Source of the DNA: Podarcis liolepis
Lineage: Eukaryota
Assembly: GCA_965112155.1 (NCBI GenBank)
Contig: OZ218098.1
Length of the DNA stretch: 64,000 nucleotides
Direction: 5' to 3' (one strand)
Shown: piece after piece, positions 18,301 through 29,764 of the stretch
How positions within the stretch are numbered: position 1 is the stretch's first letter
Layout: every line of letters begins with the position of its first letter
Made by a program: the position numbers and the translations under genes
Notes under the pieces: generated by a model
The model's database searches: none
Told to the model about the DNA's origin: nothing
The model's input: the letters and a program-made list of their open reading frames with translations, nothing else

Positions 18301-21300
18301 ATTGAAATTTGTTAGAAAATACAAAGATTGATGTCAGGTATCTTTTTATCAAGACTAAAAACTATCCTAAATAAAAACACAAATCAGAAAGAAAAGGGGA
18401 AAAACAAGATGAAGAAAAAAGAAGAAGAAAAGGGGGTGTGAGAAAATGAGAACTTCTGATTCTTCATCTGTTAGCTATATGTAGAAAATTATTCAACACA
18501 TCCACTCCAAGATAAACACCCAACAAATCTGCTTTCAAGAAACCAAAGCCAATGTTTCTTCATACTGTGTCCCAAGGCAATCCAACTTCTACATCAAGAA
18601 AATTCCAATCCTGTGCCCAAACTCCGTTATTTGAGTAAATGTGTGGTTTATGTAGCACAGGCTTCCTCAACCTCAGCCCTCCAGATGTTTTGAGACTACG
18701 ATTCCCATAATCCCTGACCACTGGTCCTGCTAGCTAGGGATCAAGGGAGTTGTAGGCCAAAAACATCTGGAGGGCCGAGGCTGAGGAAGCCTGATGTAGC
18801 ATATACCTTCTCAGTTTTGATTACATCTGAATCAGTTCAGGAAGTTTGTTCAAAGTGCCGACCTCTTTGATGAGTGTAGGGTGTACAGCAGAGGAAAAGC
18901 GAAATGCATGTATAGAAGTGTGATTTGAGGTGACATTGGAATGAGGACACAGATACTTTTGCACCCTGGAACTTTATGTGATCCCTGTCTCTTTCCAAAG
19001 TGTATTTAAACACAAGAATAAGAGAAACGCTTGTGGAAATAATACAAGAAGCTACCTGAGATTCTCACATAACAAATTTGGTAACAACAACCCTGCCCAG
19101 AGCACCCTCCCCACCTGTTTTTTGAGCTTGCTCAGACTTTGGTGATTGCTTACTGGCAAAATATGTTACTATTCAAACCTGTTGGCCAGAGCTATAAGAA
19201 AGTTCCTCAGCAGAGGTGGGCTGGGCTCAGTTTCAGAACTCCCCCTTCCCCAGTTGCAATTTTGTCAGTTGGAGTATGTCTTGGGACATCAAACAATGCA
19301 GATCTTCTGTAGTTGTGTGTGCGCAGCTACATAGAACATGATAGCTCTGTTGGTTAGAGCATGGTGCTGATAATACCAAGGTTGCAGGTTTGTGTTATCA
19401 GCGCCCTGCTCTAACCAAGTGAGCTATCATGCTCTAAGTGCTGAAGGCCAGGCTGCTGAAGGAAGTAACCTCTAGCATTTAAACTGTCACACTTCACTTA
19501 CTGCTTAGCTGAATTATATTTTTCTTCTTTCTCCTGCAGTGCAGCCATTGGAGGAACCTAGAGGAGACAGGTAGGTTTGCTCTGTATTGTCTTCATAGTG
19601 GAGATGGTTCTTGCCACCCTTCTGCCTTGCCTGCTCTCTTTTACTCAGTATTTTGACCTGTGTCATGACCTGAAAAGTGCTTGCCCAAATGGGTTTGTAG
19701 GGCTCCTTACTCATTTCCCTTCCTTAATGGGGTCAGGTTTGGTTCTCTTTTCGGTTTCTAGAAATTGGAAGAGTCGGATGGATGCCTTCTTCTCAGGATT
19801 TAATGGCATTTCAAAGCCAAGAGGAGGCGCTCAATTGTAGTCGTCACCTACTGGATGATGTCTGTCCGGAAAATGCCACCTGAGGCTTAGGAGACATGGG
19901 GTTCCAAGAAAGGAATGTAGGAAGGAATTAACAGCTTTGCCGTGGCAGTCTTTTCATCAGCACAAGCTTTTCAGTTTCTCAGACAGAACAATTCCCCATC
20001 TCCCCCTGCCCCTGTTCTGGGAGGGTCTCCCAGTCTTCCCCTTGCTGATTTCCCTGTGGGGAGGGAGTCCTATTCCACAGGCAGAGGTTCTTGTGCAAGT
20101 CCCTGTTAGCAGGACTAGTTAGTTGAATCCTGCCCCTTTTGGGTGGGCTTCACCTAACCAGCCCCATTGGTGAAAGCCCTGCTCAAGAACTTTGCTTGTG
20201 GCTTTCCCTCCTCTCTTTCCCCCACCCCAAAAATTGGCTCTGGGGGAGTTGGAGGAACCAATGAGGGGAGAGGCAAGCTGAATTACTTACACATATGGAA
20301 CAATTGAAAGAGGTCAACATTTGGCCATAACTTTGTTCCACAACAACTTTGATAGCTTTCTGTTAATACTGCCTGCAGGAAGTGATTCTCTGTTGCTTGT
20401 GGCAAGCGTACCTGGAAGGTCTAAAGTGCTGATACATTGTTTCCATCCCTGTAGTGACAGTGAGATGGCAAGAGCGCAGCCTCACTTGTTAAGTGTCCCA
20501 GAGCTCTGTCGTTTCCTGGCAGAGAGCTGGATTACCTTCAGATTGTACCTTCAGGAGCTGCTGCAATACAAGAGGCAAAACCCTGCTAAGGTAAGCTGGG
20601 AGTCATCAGGCCCTCTCAGGGAAAATCCTAGAACATGGCTACTTTCCCCCATGCTGCCTTTGGGCCGCGACTTGTTAACACATACACACATACATACATA
20701 CATACATATTCAAATACATTTATTCAAATACAAATACATATTCACAGTTGCTCCTAGCACTTAGGGCTTCTTCACACTGGATTATTTTTTCTACATGGAT
20801 ATTGCTTCAGTTTAAGAAAGGATGGGCATACACAACAACATGTGGTGTAAATGTTGTATTCCAAACAGCAATTTTAAGGGAATCTAGTATTTTTCACAAT
20901 ATATGTGGAAACAAAAAATGGGAATAGGGTTTTAACCAAGTATGCCAGTACAGACAAGGTACAGTGTGTTCCAGAAACTATCCTGAGAAAAACAGCTGAG
21001 GGCAGACATACCCTTAGCCCGCACATACGTGTTGATGTTGCTTTGTAGATGTCACTTCTTTGTTTCTTTTTCCTCCGCTGTCACCCAGTTCTGTTTAGTA
21101 ATCCAAAATGCATAATGTGATATATTTGTGTTGTAACTCTGTTCTTGACATTTGTCTTTCATCGCAGAGGTGCATTTCCATGTGATGGCCTCATTCCTGC
21201 ATTAAAATGTGAGATTGTTGCTTGCAGCAGTTGCTCCATATAAGCAGTAAATGAGCAGTTCTGGCCCTGAGCAGAATTCAGATTTTCTTGCTGTAGTGTC

Positions 21301-24300
21301 TGGGATTTATGAGCATAGATGGCAAGCAGCTCTCTCTATTGATTAATTAATGGCCTGTCCTTGGAGGAGAAAGCATTACCTTATATTATATAGTCACGAT
21401 CAGTTAAAGGGAAGGCAGGTAGAGAGGGGAGTAATGTATGGGCCTTATTTTATCTCGGGATGAGGGAAGTCCTGAAATCTGTTCCAGTATCTTTTGCCAG
21501 TGGCAAATTTCTTCCATTTCCATTGACAGCCTAATAGTGAATCAAACACATACTCCTTTCAGAGTGTTGGGATCGGCACAGAAAAAGTCAGGCTTTTTCC
21601 TCTTGTAGTCAGCTATTTGCCCATTTGTCAGTTACTTTCAGACATGCAGCTTGCTGTTGCACGTACTTCTGGATCCCCACCCGGCTCTGTTATAACACTA
21701 CCTGGCAGCAGCACCCGGGAGCAAAAGAGTAGCCAATCGTTCTGGCATGGCAGATACACAAAGCATTCAAAATGGCTGTGTGGGTGAATACAAGCAGTTA
21801 TTAATTAGAACAAGGCTCTCTGGGATTGGGGGCATCTCTTGAGCCATTGCAAAGGTGGCTTATTGGCTGTCCCGGGAATGCTTCCACTGTGCTAAACCTT
21901 TCTTCTCTATCTCCTTTTGCCTTGTACTTCCAGTTTTGTGCCAGAGTCTGCTCAGGATGCTTGATCTTAGCGATAGTAGGACACTATGTTCCTGGAATCA
22001 TGATTTCCTACATTGTCTGTGAGTATAACTGGGCTGTTTTATCCCTTAAAACTAGACATGTGACTTAGCTAAGCATATGCCCAGGAATTTTCTTTATCCA
22101 GCTCATTTAAAAGAAATTAAAAGCACATAATAGTTCCGACACCTTGTGGGGAACAGGGACACAGATTGAATTTAATGAGGCGCAGCTGGTGGATGGCTGG
22201 ACACTTGGGAAATTGACTGCTTCTTTGTCTCTGAGAATATATGCTTCTAACACTTTCTGGACTGTCTCCAGTGCTCAGTATCTTGCTGTGGCCGCTGGTG
22301 GTATACCATGAACTTATCCAGAGGATGTACACACGCTTGGAGCCCATTCTGATGAAACTGGACTACAGCATGAAGGTGGATACCTTGCATCTTAAACACG
22401 AAAAGAAAAGTAAGACAACAGCTCCACAGTACCTGAAATGCATAGCTTTTGATGATAGGATGCAGGATGTTAGTCCCAGCAAGTAAAAATTAGAAACTGG
22501 GCTGGCTAGCTAGGAGCATTCAGTCCAGTGGGGTGAGGTCCAAAATCACTGGAGATGGCTGGATTTTAATGTGCATTAGTGTCCAGTACAGTGGTACCTC
22601 GGGTTACAGACGCTTCAGGTTACAGACTCTGCTAACCCAGAAATAGTACCTCGGGTTAAGAACTTTGCTTCAGGATGAGAACAGAAATTGTGCAGTGGCG
22701 GCGCTGCGGCAGCGGGAGGCCCCATTAGCTAAAGTGGTACCGCAGGTTAAGAACAATTTCAGGTTAAGAACAGACCTCCAGAACGAATTAAGTTCTTAAC
22801 CCGAGGTACCACCGTACTGTGAGGAAGCACAGTCTGTATGAAGCTTCTGATGAAATATTCTCCTGGTCCTCTTCTTATAGGACTAGTTCCACTGATGTCC
22901 CATTAAGCATTTTGTATGTGTTTTCTAACAGAGCGTCAAGGAAAGAGTGAGCCCGAAACTGGCAATGAGCCGATGGCAGAGACTGAAAGTGAGAGTGAGG
23001 CGGAGCTGTCTGGGTATTCTCCAGTGGTAAGAGCATGGGAAGGGATACATGTTGGTGTTGAGCTTCATTCCCAAGAATTCATTTCTTTCAAGTGATGTGA
23101 GTTTGCCTGTAGGGTTGGAAGGTCTGAGATCTTGTACTTGTTCCCTTCATAAAGGCTACTGTATTCATTCTGACTTAGGAACTTGCAGGTTTTGGAGGGC
23201 CTTCTTCCCCCACCCTCACTCCTTTGGGCCTTGCCTTATCTTCTCAACACTATTATCACCAACTGCTCTTTTTTGTCATTGTTACCACCTATGTGCTTGC
23301 TGGGCAAAGAGCCAGTGAACAAGCAGGTATTGGCATCTGTTGCCCCTCCTTCTCACTTTCCCAGTGGTCTTGGCCAGAGGCAAAAGGCAGGTGAACAAGG
23401 AGATTGCAATGATGAAGAGGCAGAGAAGGTCCAGTGGTGGCTCGTCAGTGGTCCCACTCCTGAAGTGTGGCCCCTTAGCAGATCCATCCTGACCCTTGAT
23501 GCCAGCCCTGGAAACTTGGCATGATACTTCAGATTCAGGGGGACAGAGAGGAGTAGTCAGGTTGGCATTGTAGGGGGCATTTCTCTCCAAATGCTCCCTC
23601 CAACTTCTGACTCTCCAACCTTTCTTTTCAGAGCCAAAATCACTCTATCTCTCAGGGTTGAGGCGGAAGAGTTAGTCTTGGAGGATAGTTCTTCCTCATT
23701 ATTGCCATCACTAATTAGATATATAACCAACCTGGTATGTTGGATCTGGGTTCAAATTCCTGTTTGGTCAGAGTGGGTCAAGTGGGTTAAATGTTTAAGA
23801 CACATAAGCATGTCCAATTTTAAATCCGGAAAATAAGATGGCAGAATTCCAAGTCACTGATTCCTCTACAGTTAATCTTACAACTAATTTTTGTAACTGG
23901 AATATCCATCTTTTTGATAATCCATGCATTGTTTCCATTCAGTAAAAGGTTAATATTTTTAGTGCATCCCTCTTTGAAATCCATGTTAATATTGGCTCAG
24001 ACTCTGATGGCCGAGATTCTAGGCTAACAGGTGGGACCTAGTGGCTCCACTGTAAGGTGGAGATTTTTAGCCACAAGAACAAAAAATGTCCTCACGCTCC
24101 TCCTTTTTGCAGGTGGATGTGAAGAAGACAGCTCTGGCGTTGTCAATTACAGACTCTGAGCTCTCTGATGAGGAGGCCTCTATCCTGGAGAGTGGAGGCT
24201 TCTCCGTCTCCAGAGCTACCACACCACAGCTGACCGACGTGTCTGAAGGTGCCATTTTCTTACTCCCCAAACCCAAATGCTGCATATTATTTGGGGCCAC

Positions 24301-27300
24301 TGTGTAGTAGAGTACAAGTTGTGTTCCCTTCTAGAGTGTTCAGAGATGAAAACTAGGATATGAAGGGTAGTTGTAGGGCTTAGAATTCATGAGAATGATG
24401 AACTTTGGGCTGAAAAGGACCAAAATCAAATCTGATTTCCAGACTTTGAGTGGCCCCTGAATACAGCTGTCTTTACCAGGAAACATGGATGTACTTGTTT
24501 ACTATATTTTTACATGTTACCATGGAGAGTCCAGTGTCTTTATTATTTCTTGATTGATGATAGACATCCTGCACTGTTCCATAACTTGCAGGCCATTGGG
24601 AGAATGAGAGTAGCTCCCTTACTATGGGGGTTACTGGTGCCACACACAATCAGCCCCAAGTTCTTCTGCAGCATTGTTAAGTCTTCAGGGATTAGCTGTC
24701 CACTCTAGGCTCTCCTTGCCTGAGCTTTGATCCCCCTATACTCTTCTCCCCCACCTAAGATGAACAGCTGACATTACCAAGGCAACATATTTCACTGAGG
24801 ATTGCAGTCCTTGAGGCTGTAAACCAAAAAGACCCACTTCTTCAACCAATTTCATTGTCACCCTAGCCTTGCCTTACATCAGGAGTGGTCAACCTTTTTA
24901 GACCAAGGGCAGTATTTCCTCTCTCCCAGTGATTGATGGACTGAGCAGAAAATGTAAATTTTGCCTCTGTATAGTAGGCTACTTTCTAAGCACACTTGCG
25001 CACCCATTTCTCTCCTCCATCCAGGCCAGCAAGAGGCAGTATCAGAATTCAGTGACACATCCCAGCCAGGCAAAAACACTCGAGGAAGGGTACAAACCAG
25101 GGCTGGTGGGAGGTGTGGCTTTGGCAGAGAAGGGTGTGGTAGGAAGTGTAGCCTTATCAAATCCTGAGGGCCAGATGGAGAGGCCTAGAAGGCTGCATCT
25201 GGCCCCGAACCTGAGCTTCCTTTCCCCTGAGCATAACTTTTATTTATTTGCAAGCCTCCTACCCCCAAACCACACACAACAGTGTAAATTGAAAACCATA
25301 AAGGACGGTATTTTAATGCAGAAACTAGAACACTTGTACTATATAGATGTTGTAATGTTGTAGTAGCTAGTGGTAATGTGGTATCATTACTGCTAAATCT
25401 CTGTGTATGTGAAAATCCAAAGTATTGGGTCTTGTTCCATAATAGCTCATTTACACACTTAGAAGTAGCAGTTGCAGCCAATTCCACTGCAGTAGCATGC
25501 AGAGCTTTTCCTGAGGCTTTACCAATGAGGAAGAACCTGGTGGAGTAACTTCAGGGAGCCCCAGCCTGCAATGCTAAGTATGATTGTTGTTGTTTGTGTA
25601 GTGCCATAGAGTGCTTTGAAGCACATCAGCTTTGTTATCATGTTATCCTAGCTACCTTGTATGATAGGTCAGGGTTGTTGCCATGGTGCATGTTGGCACC
25701 AATGACGTGGGGAAATGTCATGTAACCCTGGAAACACAATTTAGGTAGCTAAGTTGGAGGTTGAGAGCCAGGACCTTCACGGTAGATTTATTTTAAATGC
25801 TACCTTTTCCATGCACAAGGTCAGCTAGACAGGCAGGGTTGAGCAGTTCAGTGTATGGATGAGTTGGTGGAGAGGTTTGGATTTGTTAAGCACTGAGAAG
25901 TGTTCTGGGACAAGCCAGGGACAGGCTCTATTTCAGCCGGGATGGAACCAGACTATATATGCTTAAAGTCTAAAAGGTGGCAAAGCAGCTATTCAGCTGT
26001 TTGCTGGGAGAAAGCCACTTGAAGCTGAGGATCATCTTGTTTGGGGCAAACCATCCAGGGGAATCCAGGAAATTTCAGGGTGGTTAGTTTAATGTCTCTT
26101 CTGGGAAAACTGGTAGCAAGCATAATTAAAGATTGGAATACCAAGCATATAGAAGGACAAGCTTTGCTGAGGCAGAATCAGTGTGGCTTCTGCAAGGGTA
26201 AGTCCTGTGTTTGAGAATGTCAGCAAGCACATAGAGAGAGAGAAAGAAGTGATCCAGTTGACATAGTGTACTTAAACTTTGAAAAAGCCATTGACTATGG
26301 AGTCCCTTGCCCAAGACACCTGATTAAGTTTAGCAGCTGTGAAATAAGAGGACATGCTGTTATAGATCAGGACTGGTTAAGAAACAGCAGAGAGTAGAAA
26401 TTAAGGAAGGGTTTTCCCAATGCAGTGGTGTCCAAACTTTTTTCAAAGAGGGCCAGATTTGATGTAGTGAAGGGCCATGAGGGCCGATCAAAGGGCCAAC
26501 CAAAGTTTTTAAGCTTTTTTCAGGATTAAAGTTGTGGAGGTTTTTTTTAGGATTTTACCCCAGGAAATAAACAGCCACAGGGGCCGGATTAAACCTACCA
26601 GCAGGGCCGAATTAGGCCCCCAAAATGGACTTTGGACATGCCTGCAATAGAGGGATGTAGGAAGGGGGGTCCACCAAGGTTTGGTGTTGGTACTGGTGCT
26701 TTTTAAACTTGTTCATAAATGATCTAGAGTTGGGAGTGAACAATAAGGTAGCCAAGTTTGCTGCTGATACTAAATTGTTAGGGGTGGTTAAAACAGAAAG
26801 GAATTGCGATGGGCTTCAAAAGGAGAAGTAGACATTAAAATGGGAAATGCAATTAAATGTAAGCAATGTAAGATTATGCATGGTGTAGAGAAAGAGAGGT
26901 GTTTCTCATAATACAAAAATCTGAGGACATGTAATGAAGCTGCATGTTGGAAGATTCAGAACAGACAAGAGGAGGTTCACATAGCACATACCGTAGTTTA
27001 AACTATGGAATTAGTTCCAACAAGATGTAGTAATGGCCACCAATGTGGATGGATTTAAAAGACAAATTTCTGGATGATAAAGCTGTCAATGGCTGCTGGC
27101 CACAATGGCTTTGTTCACCGTCCACTAGTGTGTCTGAATTCCAGTTGCTGGGAGTTCCAAGCGGGAAGAGTGCTGTTTCATTCATGTCCTGCTTGTGGAT
27201 TTCTCATAGGCATATGAGAACAGGATGCAGGACTAGATGGGGCTTAGGTCTGATTCAGCAAGGCTGTTCTTATGTTTTTATTGCCCCCATATTGTAGTGC

Positions 27301-28460
27301 AGGGGGCAGGAGTGAGAATGAGATAGTGGTGGTATATCTAAAGCACCTAATGAGTACATGGCAAAAGTGAGATTCAAACCAAGGAATTCACACTCTTCAT
27401 AGCCACTATGATACACAGCTTTAATACATCAGCATTAACGTGCATGATACTGCATACATTTACCAGCTCAGATTTGTTCTGGTGAGATGATTGAACAAGA
27501 AAGAAAAGCAGTAGCAAGATCATAGTGGGGTTGGTGACTTGTAATCAGGGAGTACAGCTATAGAACAGCAGCAACTGACCTGTTAATGAAAGAATAGGAA
27601 AGAACATTTCTGTTCAAGGTCAGGATAAGATGATAAGGAGGCACACAAAGGCAAGTACCGTAAGTGTATTCAGAAAACAGACTGGCAGCTGAGCTTGGAA
27701 TGGCAATTGATGATTGAGAACAGGGAATTCTGGGGTGTTTGGGGAGGCCATGTTCATATTCCCAATATGCTTTTCAGATCTGGACCAGCAGAGCCTTCCC
27801 AGTGAGCCAGAAGAGTCCTTCTCCAAGGACTTGGCAGAGTTTCCTTCTGTGGAAGAGTTTCATTCCAGAGACTTGGGACCACCCAGTGAGGATGACAACT
27901 TTGCAGTGCCTGCCCACACTGCCCACCAACTGGACTCTGCTGAGAAAGACGGTGTGGCGGCAGCAGCCATGAGTTCAGACACATCCATCCTGTGCCTGGC
28001 CTCACCCCTGCACTTTGTAAATACGCACTTCAACGGGAACGGGCAGGCAGTGGCAGGAGGAGCCCTGGAGCCCCAACCTGTCACTGCCCAAGGCCTGGGG
28101 CTGCACATCGATTCACTGAGCCAAGAGATTGTCACCACCGCTATCAGTACAGTAGTGCAGAACACCCTGTCAGCCCTGCTCCGCTCCTCTGAGGACAACG
28201 AGGGGCCTTCTCTCTCTGAGTTCCTGCCCACTGAGCCCGAGGAGAGACTGAGCTTCCAGGCCCAGCTGTCTGAGAGTGCGGAGGTGGGGGCAGCCTCTCT
28301 GCCTGGGGGGGAGGAGGAGGAGGAGGAAGCTGATGATTTTGAGCTGCTTGATCAGAGGGAGCTGGAGCAGATGGATGCAGAGCTTGGCCTTTCTGGAGAG
28401 ACAGAGGCTCAAGCGACACCGGCTCTCCCTCCTGAAGAAGAATCCTTGCCCAGCTCCTAG
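9532..28460 (+). CDS. RETREG2: RETREG2 / FAM134A reticulophagy regulator 2, complete CDS in 9 exons (1665 nt, 554 aa)
   Basis: Exons 9532-9785, 15470-15576, 19540-19570, 20455-20590, 21934-22018, 22272-22409, 22932-23026, 24113-24248, 27778-28460, all GT-AG and in phase; reticulon-homology domain, [51 protein letters not shown] and C-terminal LIR DDFELL (28332-28349). Confidence 0.96.
10421..10646 (-). mobile_element. Tc1/mariner-type MITE (copy 1, inverted relative to copies 2 and 3)
   Basis: TIR CAGTGGTA[T]CTCGGGTTA...TAACCCGAGGT[G]CCACTG, TA target duplication. Confidence 0.88.
13159..13516 (+). mobile_element. Sauria SINE, full length
   Basis: Head GGGACGCGGGTGGCGCTGTGGG, core GCCAACCTAGCAGTTCGAAAGCA...GTGCAAGTAGATAAATAGG, (ACCTTT)n tail, TSD catgctc[a/g]ggcta on both sides. 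Confidence 0.9.
14760..15001 (+). mobile_element. Tc1/mariner-type MITE (copy 2)
   Basis: TIR CAGTGGTACCTCGGGTTA, TA TSD, same internal sequence as the other copies. Confidence 0.9.
15086..15221. mobile_element. Palindromic hAT-type MITE (136 bp)
   Basis: Long inverted arms (GGCCCTCCAGATGTTTTG / CAAAACATCTGGAGGGCC), perfect 8-bp TSD gcctagat. Confidence 0.88.
15299..15342 (+). repeat. (TAAG)11 microsatellite
   Basis: Perfect tetranucleotide array. Confidence 0.97.
15470..15576 (+). CDS. RETREG2: RETREG2 exon 2
   Basis: [35 protein letters not shown]; ttccag / gtaagt. Confidence 0.92.
18658..18793. mobile_element. Palindromic hAT-type MITE (136 bp)
   Basis: Arms CAGGCTTCCTCAACCTCAGCCCTCCAGATG / CATCTGGAGGGCCGAGGCTGAGGAAGCCTG, perfect 8-bp TSD atgtagca. 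Confidence 0.88.
19332..19436. repeat. Inverted repeat (45-nt arms, 15-nt spacer) built from a tRNA-Ile-like SINE head
   Basis: 19332-19376 matches the reverse complement of 19392-19436 at 39/45 positions; contains TAGCTC..TTGGTTAGAGC..GGTGCTGATAA. Confidence 0.85.
19540..19570 (+). CDS. RETREG2: RETREG2 exon 3 (31-nt microexon)
   Basis: [11 protein letters not shown]; strong polypyrimidine tract, cag acceptor, gtaggt donor; needed to restore phase between exons 2 and 4. Confidence 0.88.
20455..20590 (+). CDS. RETREG2: RETREG2 exon 4
   Basis: [45 protein letters not shown]. Confidence 0.92.
20764..21013. mobile_element. Possible decayed PIF/Harbinger-type MITE
   Basis: TTA on both sides, imperfect termini GGGCTTCTTCACAC / GGCAGACATACCC. 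Confidence 0.35.
21934..22018 (+). CDS. RETREG2: RETREG2 exon 5
   Basis: [28 protein letters not shown]. Confidence 0.93.
22272..22409 (+). CDS. RETREG2: RETREG2 exon 6
   Basis: [46 protein letters not shown]. Confidence 0.93.
22589..22814 (+). mobile_element. Tc1/mariner-type MITE (copy 3)
   Basis: TIR CAGTGGTACCTCGGGTTA, TA TSD. Confidence 0.9.
22932..23026 (+). CDS. RETREG2: RETREG2 exon 7
   Basis: [32 protein letters not shown]. Confidence 0.92.
24113..24248 (+). CDS. RETREG2: RETREG2 exon 8
   Basis: [45 protein letters not shown]. Confidence 0.93.
24880..25229. mobile_element. Old hAT-like non-autonomous element
   Basis: CAGGAGTGGTCAACCTTTTT start, GGGCCAGAT...ATCTGGCCCC subterminal motif, CCCCTG end; no clear TSD. 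Confidence 0.5.
26100..27275 (+). mobile_element. Decayed CR1 LINE 3' part (reverse transcriptase remnants)
   Basis: Degenerate RT motifs: [10 protein letters not shown] near 26178, G.PQG.VL..VLF.LFINDLE and KFA.DTKL near 26665-26780, CR1-like 3' UTR; boundaries approximate. Confidence 0.78.
26423..26644. mobile_element. hAT-type MITE nested in the CR1 fragment
   Basis: TIR CAGTGGTGTCCAAACT / ACTTTGGACATGCCTG interrupting the CR1 RT sequence. Confidence 0.72.
27778..28460 (+). CDS. RETREG2: RETREG2 exon 9 (last coding exon, contains LIR)
   Basis: [13 protein letters not shown]...[12 protein letters not shown]...[27 protein letters not shown]...stop TAG at 28458-28460. Confidence 0.94.
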
Positions 28461-29758
28461 GTCCCACTGCTCCCCTGTATTTCTGCAGCTGCAAGGGAAG
28501 GACAAGTGAACACACAGCAGAGTTTGGTCTGTGCTGACTGGGGACGGCAAAACATCCACATTCACAGTGTTATGTCTGGAATAGTGAGTCCTCTTCCTAG
28601 TGTTGGCCTTCCAAGCAGGGTGTTGCGTCTTGCCCATGCTTCCTAGTGGTGATGCAATCTTTTTTGGTCTGCTGCTGCAATTTGTCTGTCTTTGTCTATT
28701 CGTTTTGTTTTTTTGCACGCCGCATCCTCAGCTAGATATCCCCGCTGCTCGCACCCACTGTTCATGCCCCCCCCAGTAGGAAGGAAAGCAGTTTTATTGG
28801 ATGGAGGGGGGTGCCAGAGGGTCTACATTGTAAATATTTTTATGAAAACATTGGTTTGTTTAGTTGGGAAGAGGGAGAAGGGATTGGTGGTATGGAGAAA
28901 ACGGGTTGAGGTGGGTTTCTTCCCTTGAGTTAGAAATTTCGGGGTGGAGGGGAAGTAGGGCTTCAAAGGAGACATCGTGTGGAGTATATTTGCTGTCAGG
29001 ACAAGATGAGGGGGCACAATTGAGCTTTGCTGCCCACCTTGTACAATAATAGCAGCTGCTTTTGCACTTCCGAGCACTAGCCCTTTCCCTTAACTTTCAC
29101 CCTACAACCCAATTTCCTTTATTCAATTGTGTGAATATGACACCTGATTTGGGCTCCAGGAAGTGGGTAGTCTGGTCCTGTAGATTCTCAACTCCAAGGC
29201 CAGGCTGTCTGCAGGCTCTTTAATCTACTTGGGAAAACACAAAGCAATTTGCAGTGACTTGAAAGCTTCCTCTTCCACTGCTGCACTTTAAAAGCAAAAT
29301 CCCCTTATATCTACTTCTTGTCACCATTCTCTAAGGCCTGGCTGAGCCAGCTCTGCCCTATGATGTACCCTGGCCAGAGCACAATCTTCTGCTGCCCTCA
29401 GCCTTGCCTTAGGGAAAAGAGCAGAGCAGCTTGAAAAGGAATGATGTGTGTAGGACATTGGGAAGAACATTCTCCAACTCCAAGCTCTCTAGGCTTATCT
29501 CCACTCTACTCCCACTCTCAAATCACTTTTGAAACCTCAGGGGTTTCACTCTTTATAGTCTTTTGCTAATTGGAGTAGTGTGCCCATTTATGTTCTCAGG
29601 AGAAAGGAGGGACTAAATGGGAGTGGAGGATTGTTTGGGTTTTTTTCTCCAAAGGTGGTTACTGCCCCTGATACCTATTGCTGCTTGCACAGGTTTGCAG
29701 AATATTAATTCTAGGATCTGATGGCTGAGTCTTTCAAATATTGATTTTAAGTTGCAAT

Positions 29759-29764
29759 AATAAA
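29759..29764 (+). terminator. Candidate RETREG2 proximal polyadenylation signal
   Basis: AATAAA followed by GT/T-rich sequence. Confidence 0.5.

Noticed and set aside
19340-19392. Functional tRNA-Ile gene
   Set aside because: T arm truncated and no 3' acceptor stem; SINE-head derivative only
27860-28718. Several antisense ORFs over RETREG2 exon 9
   Set aside because: Shadow frames of a GC-rich coding exon
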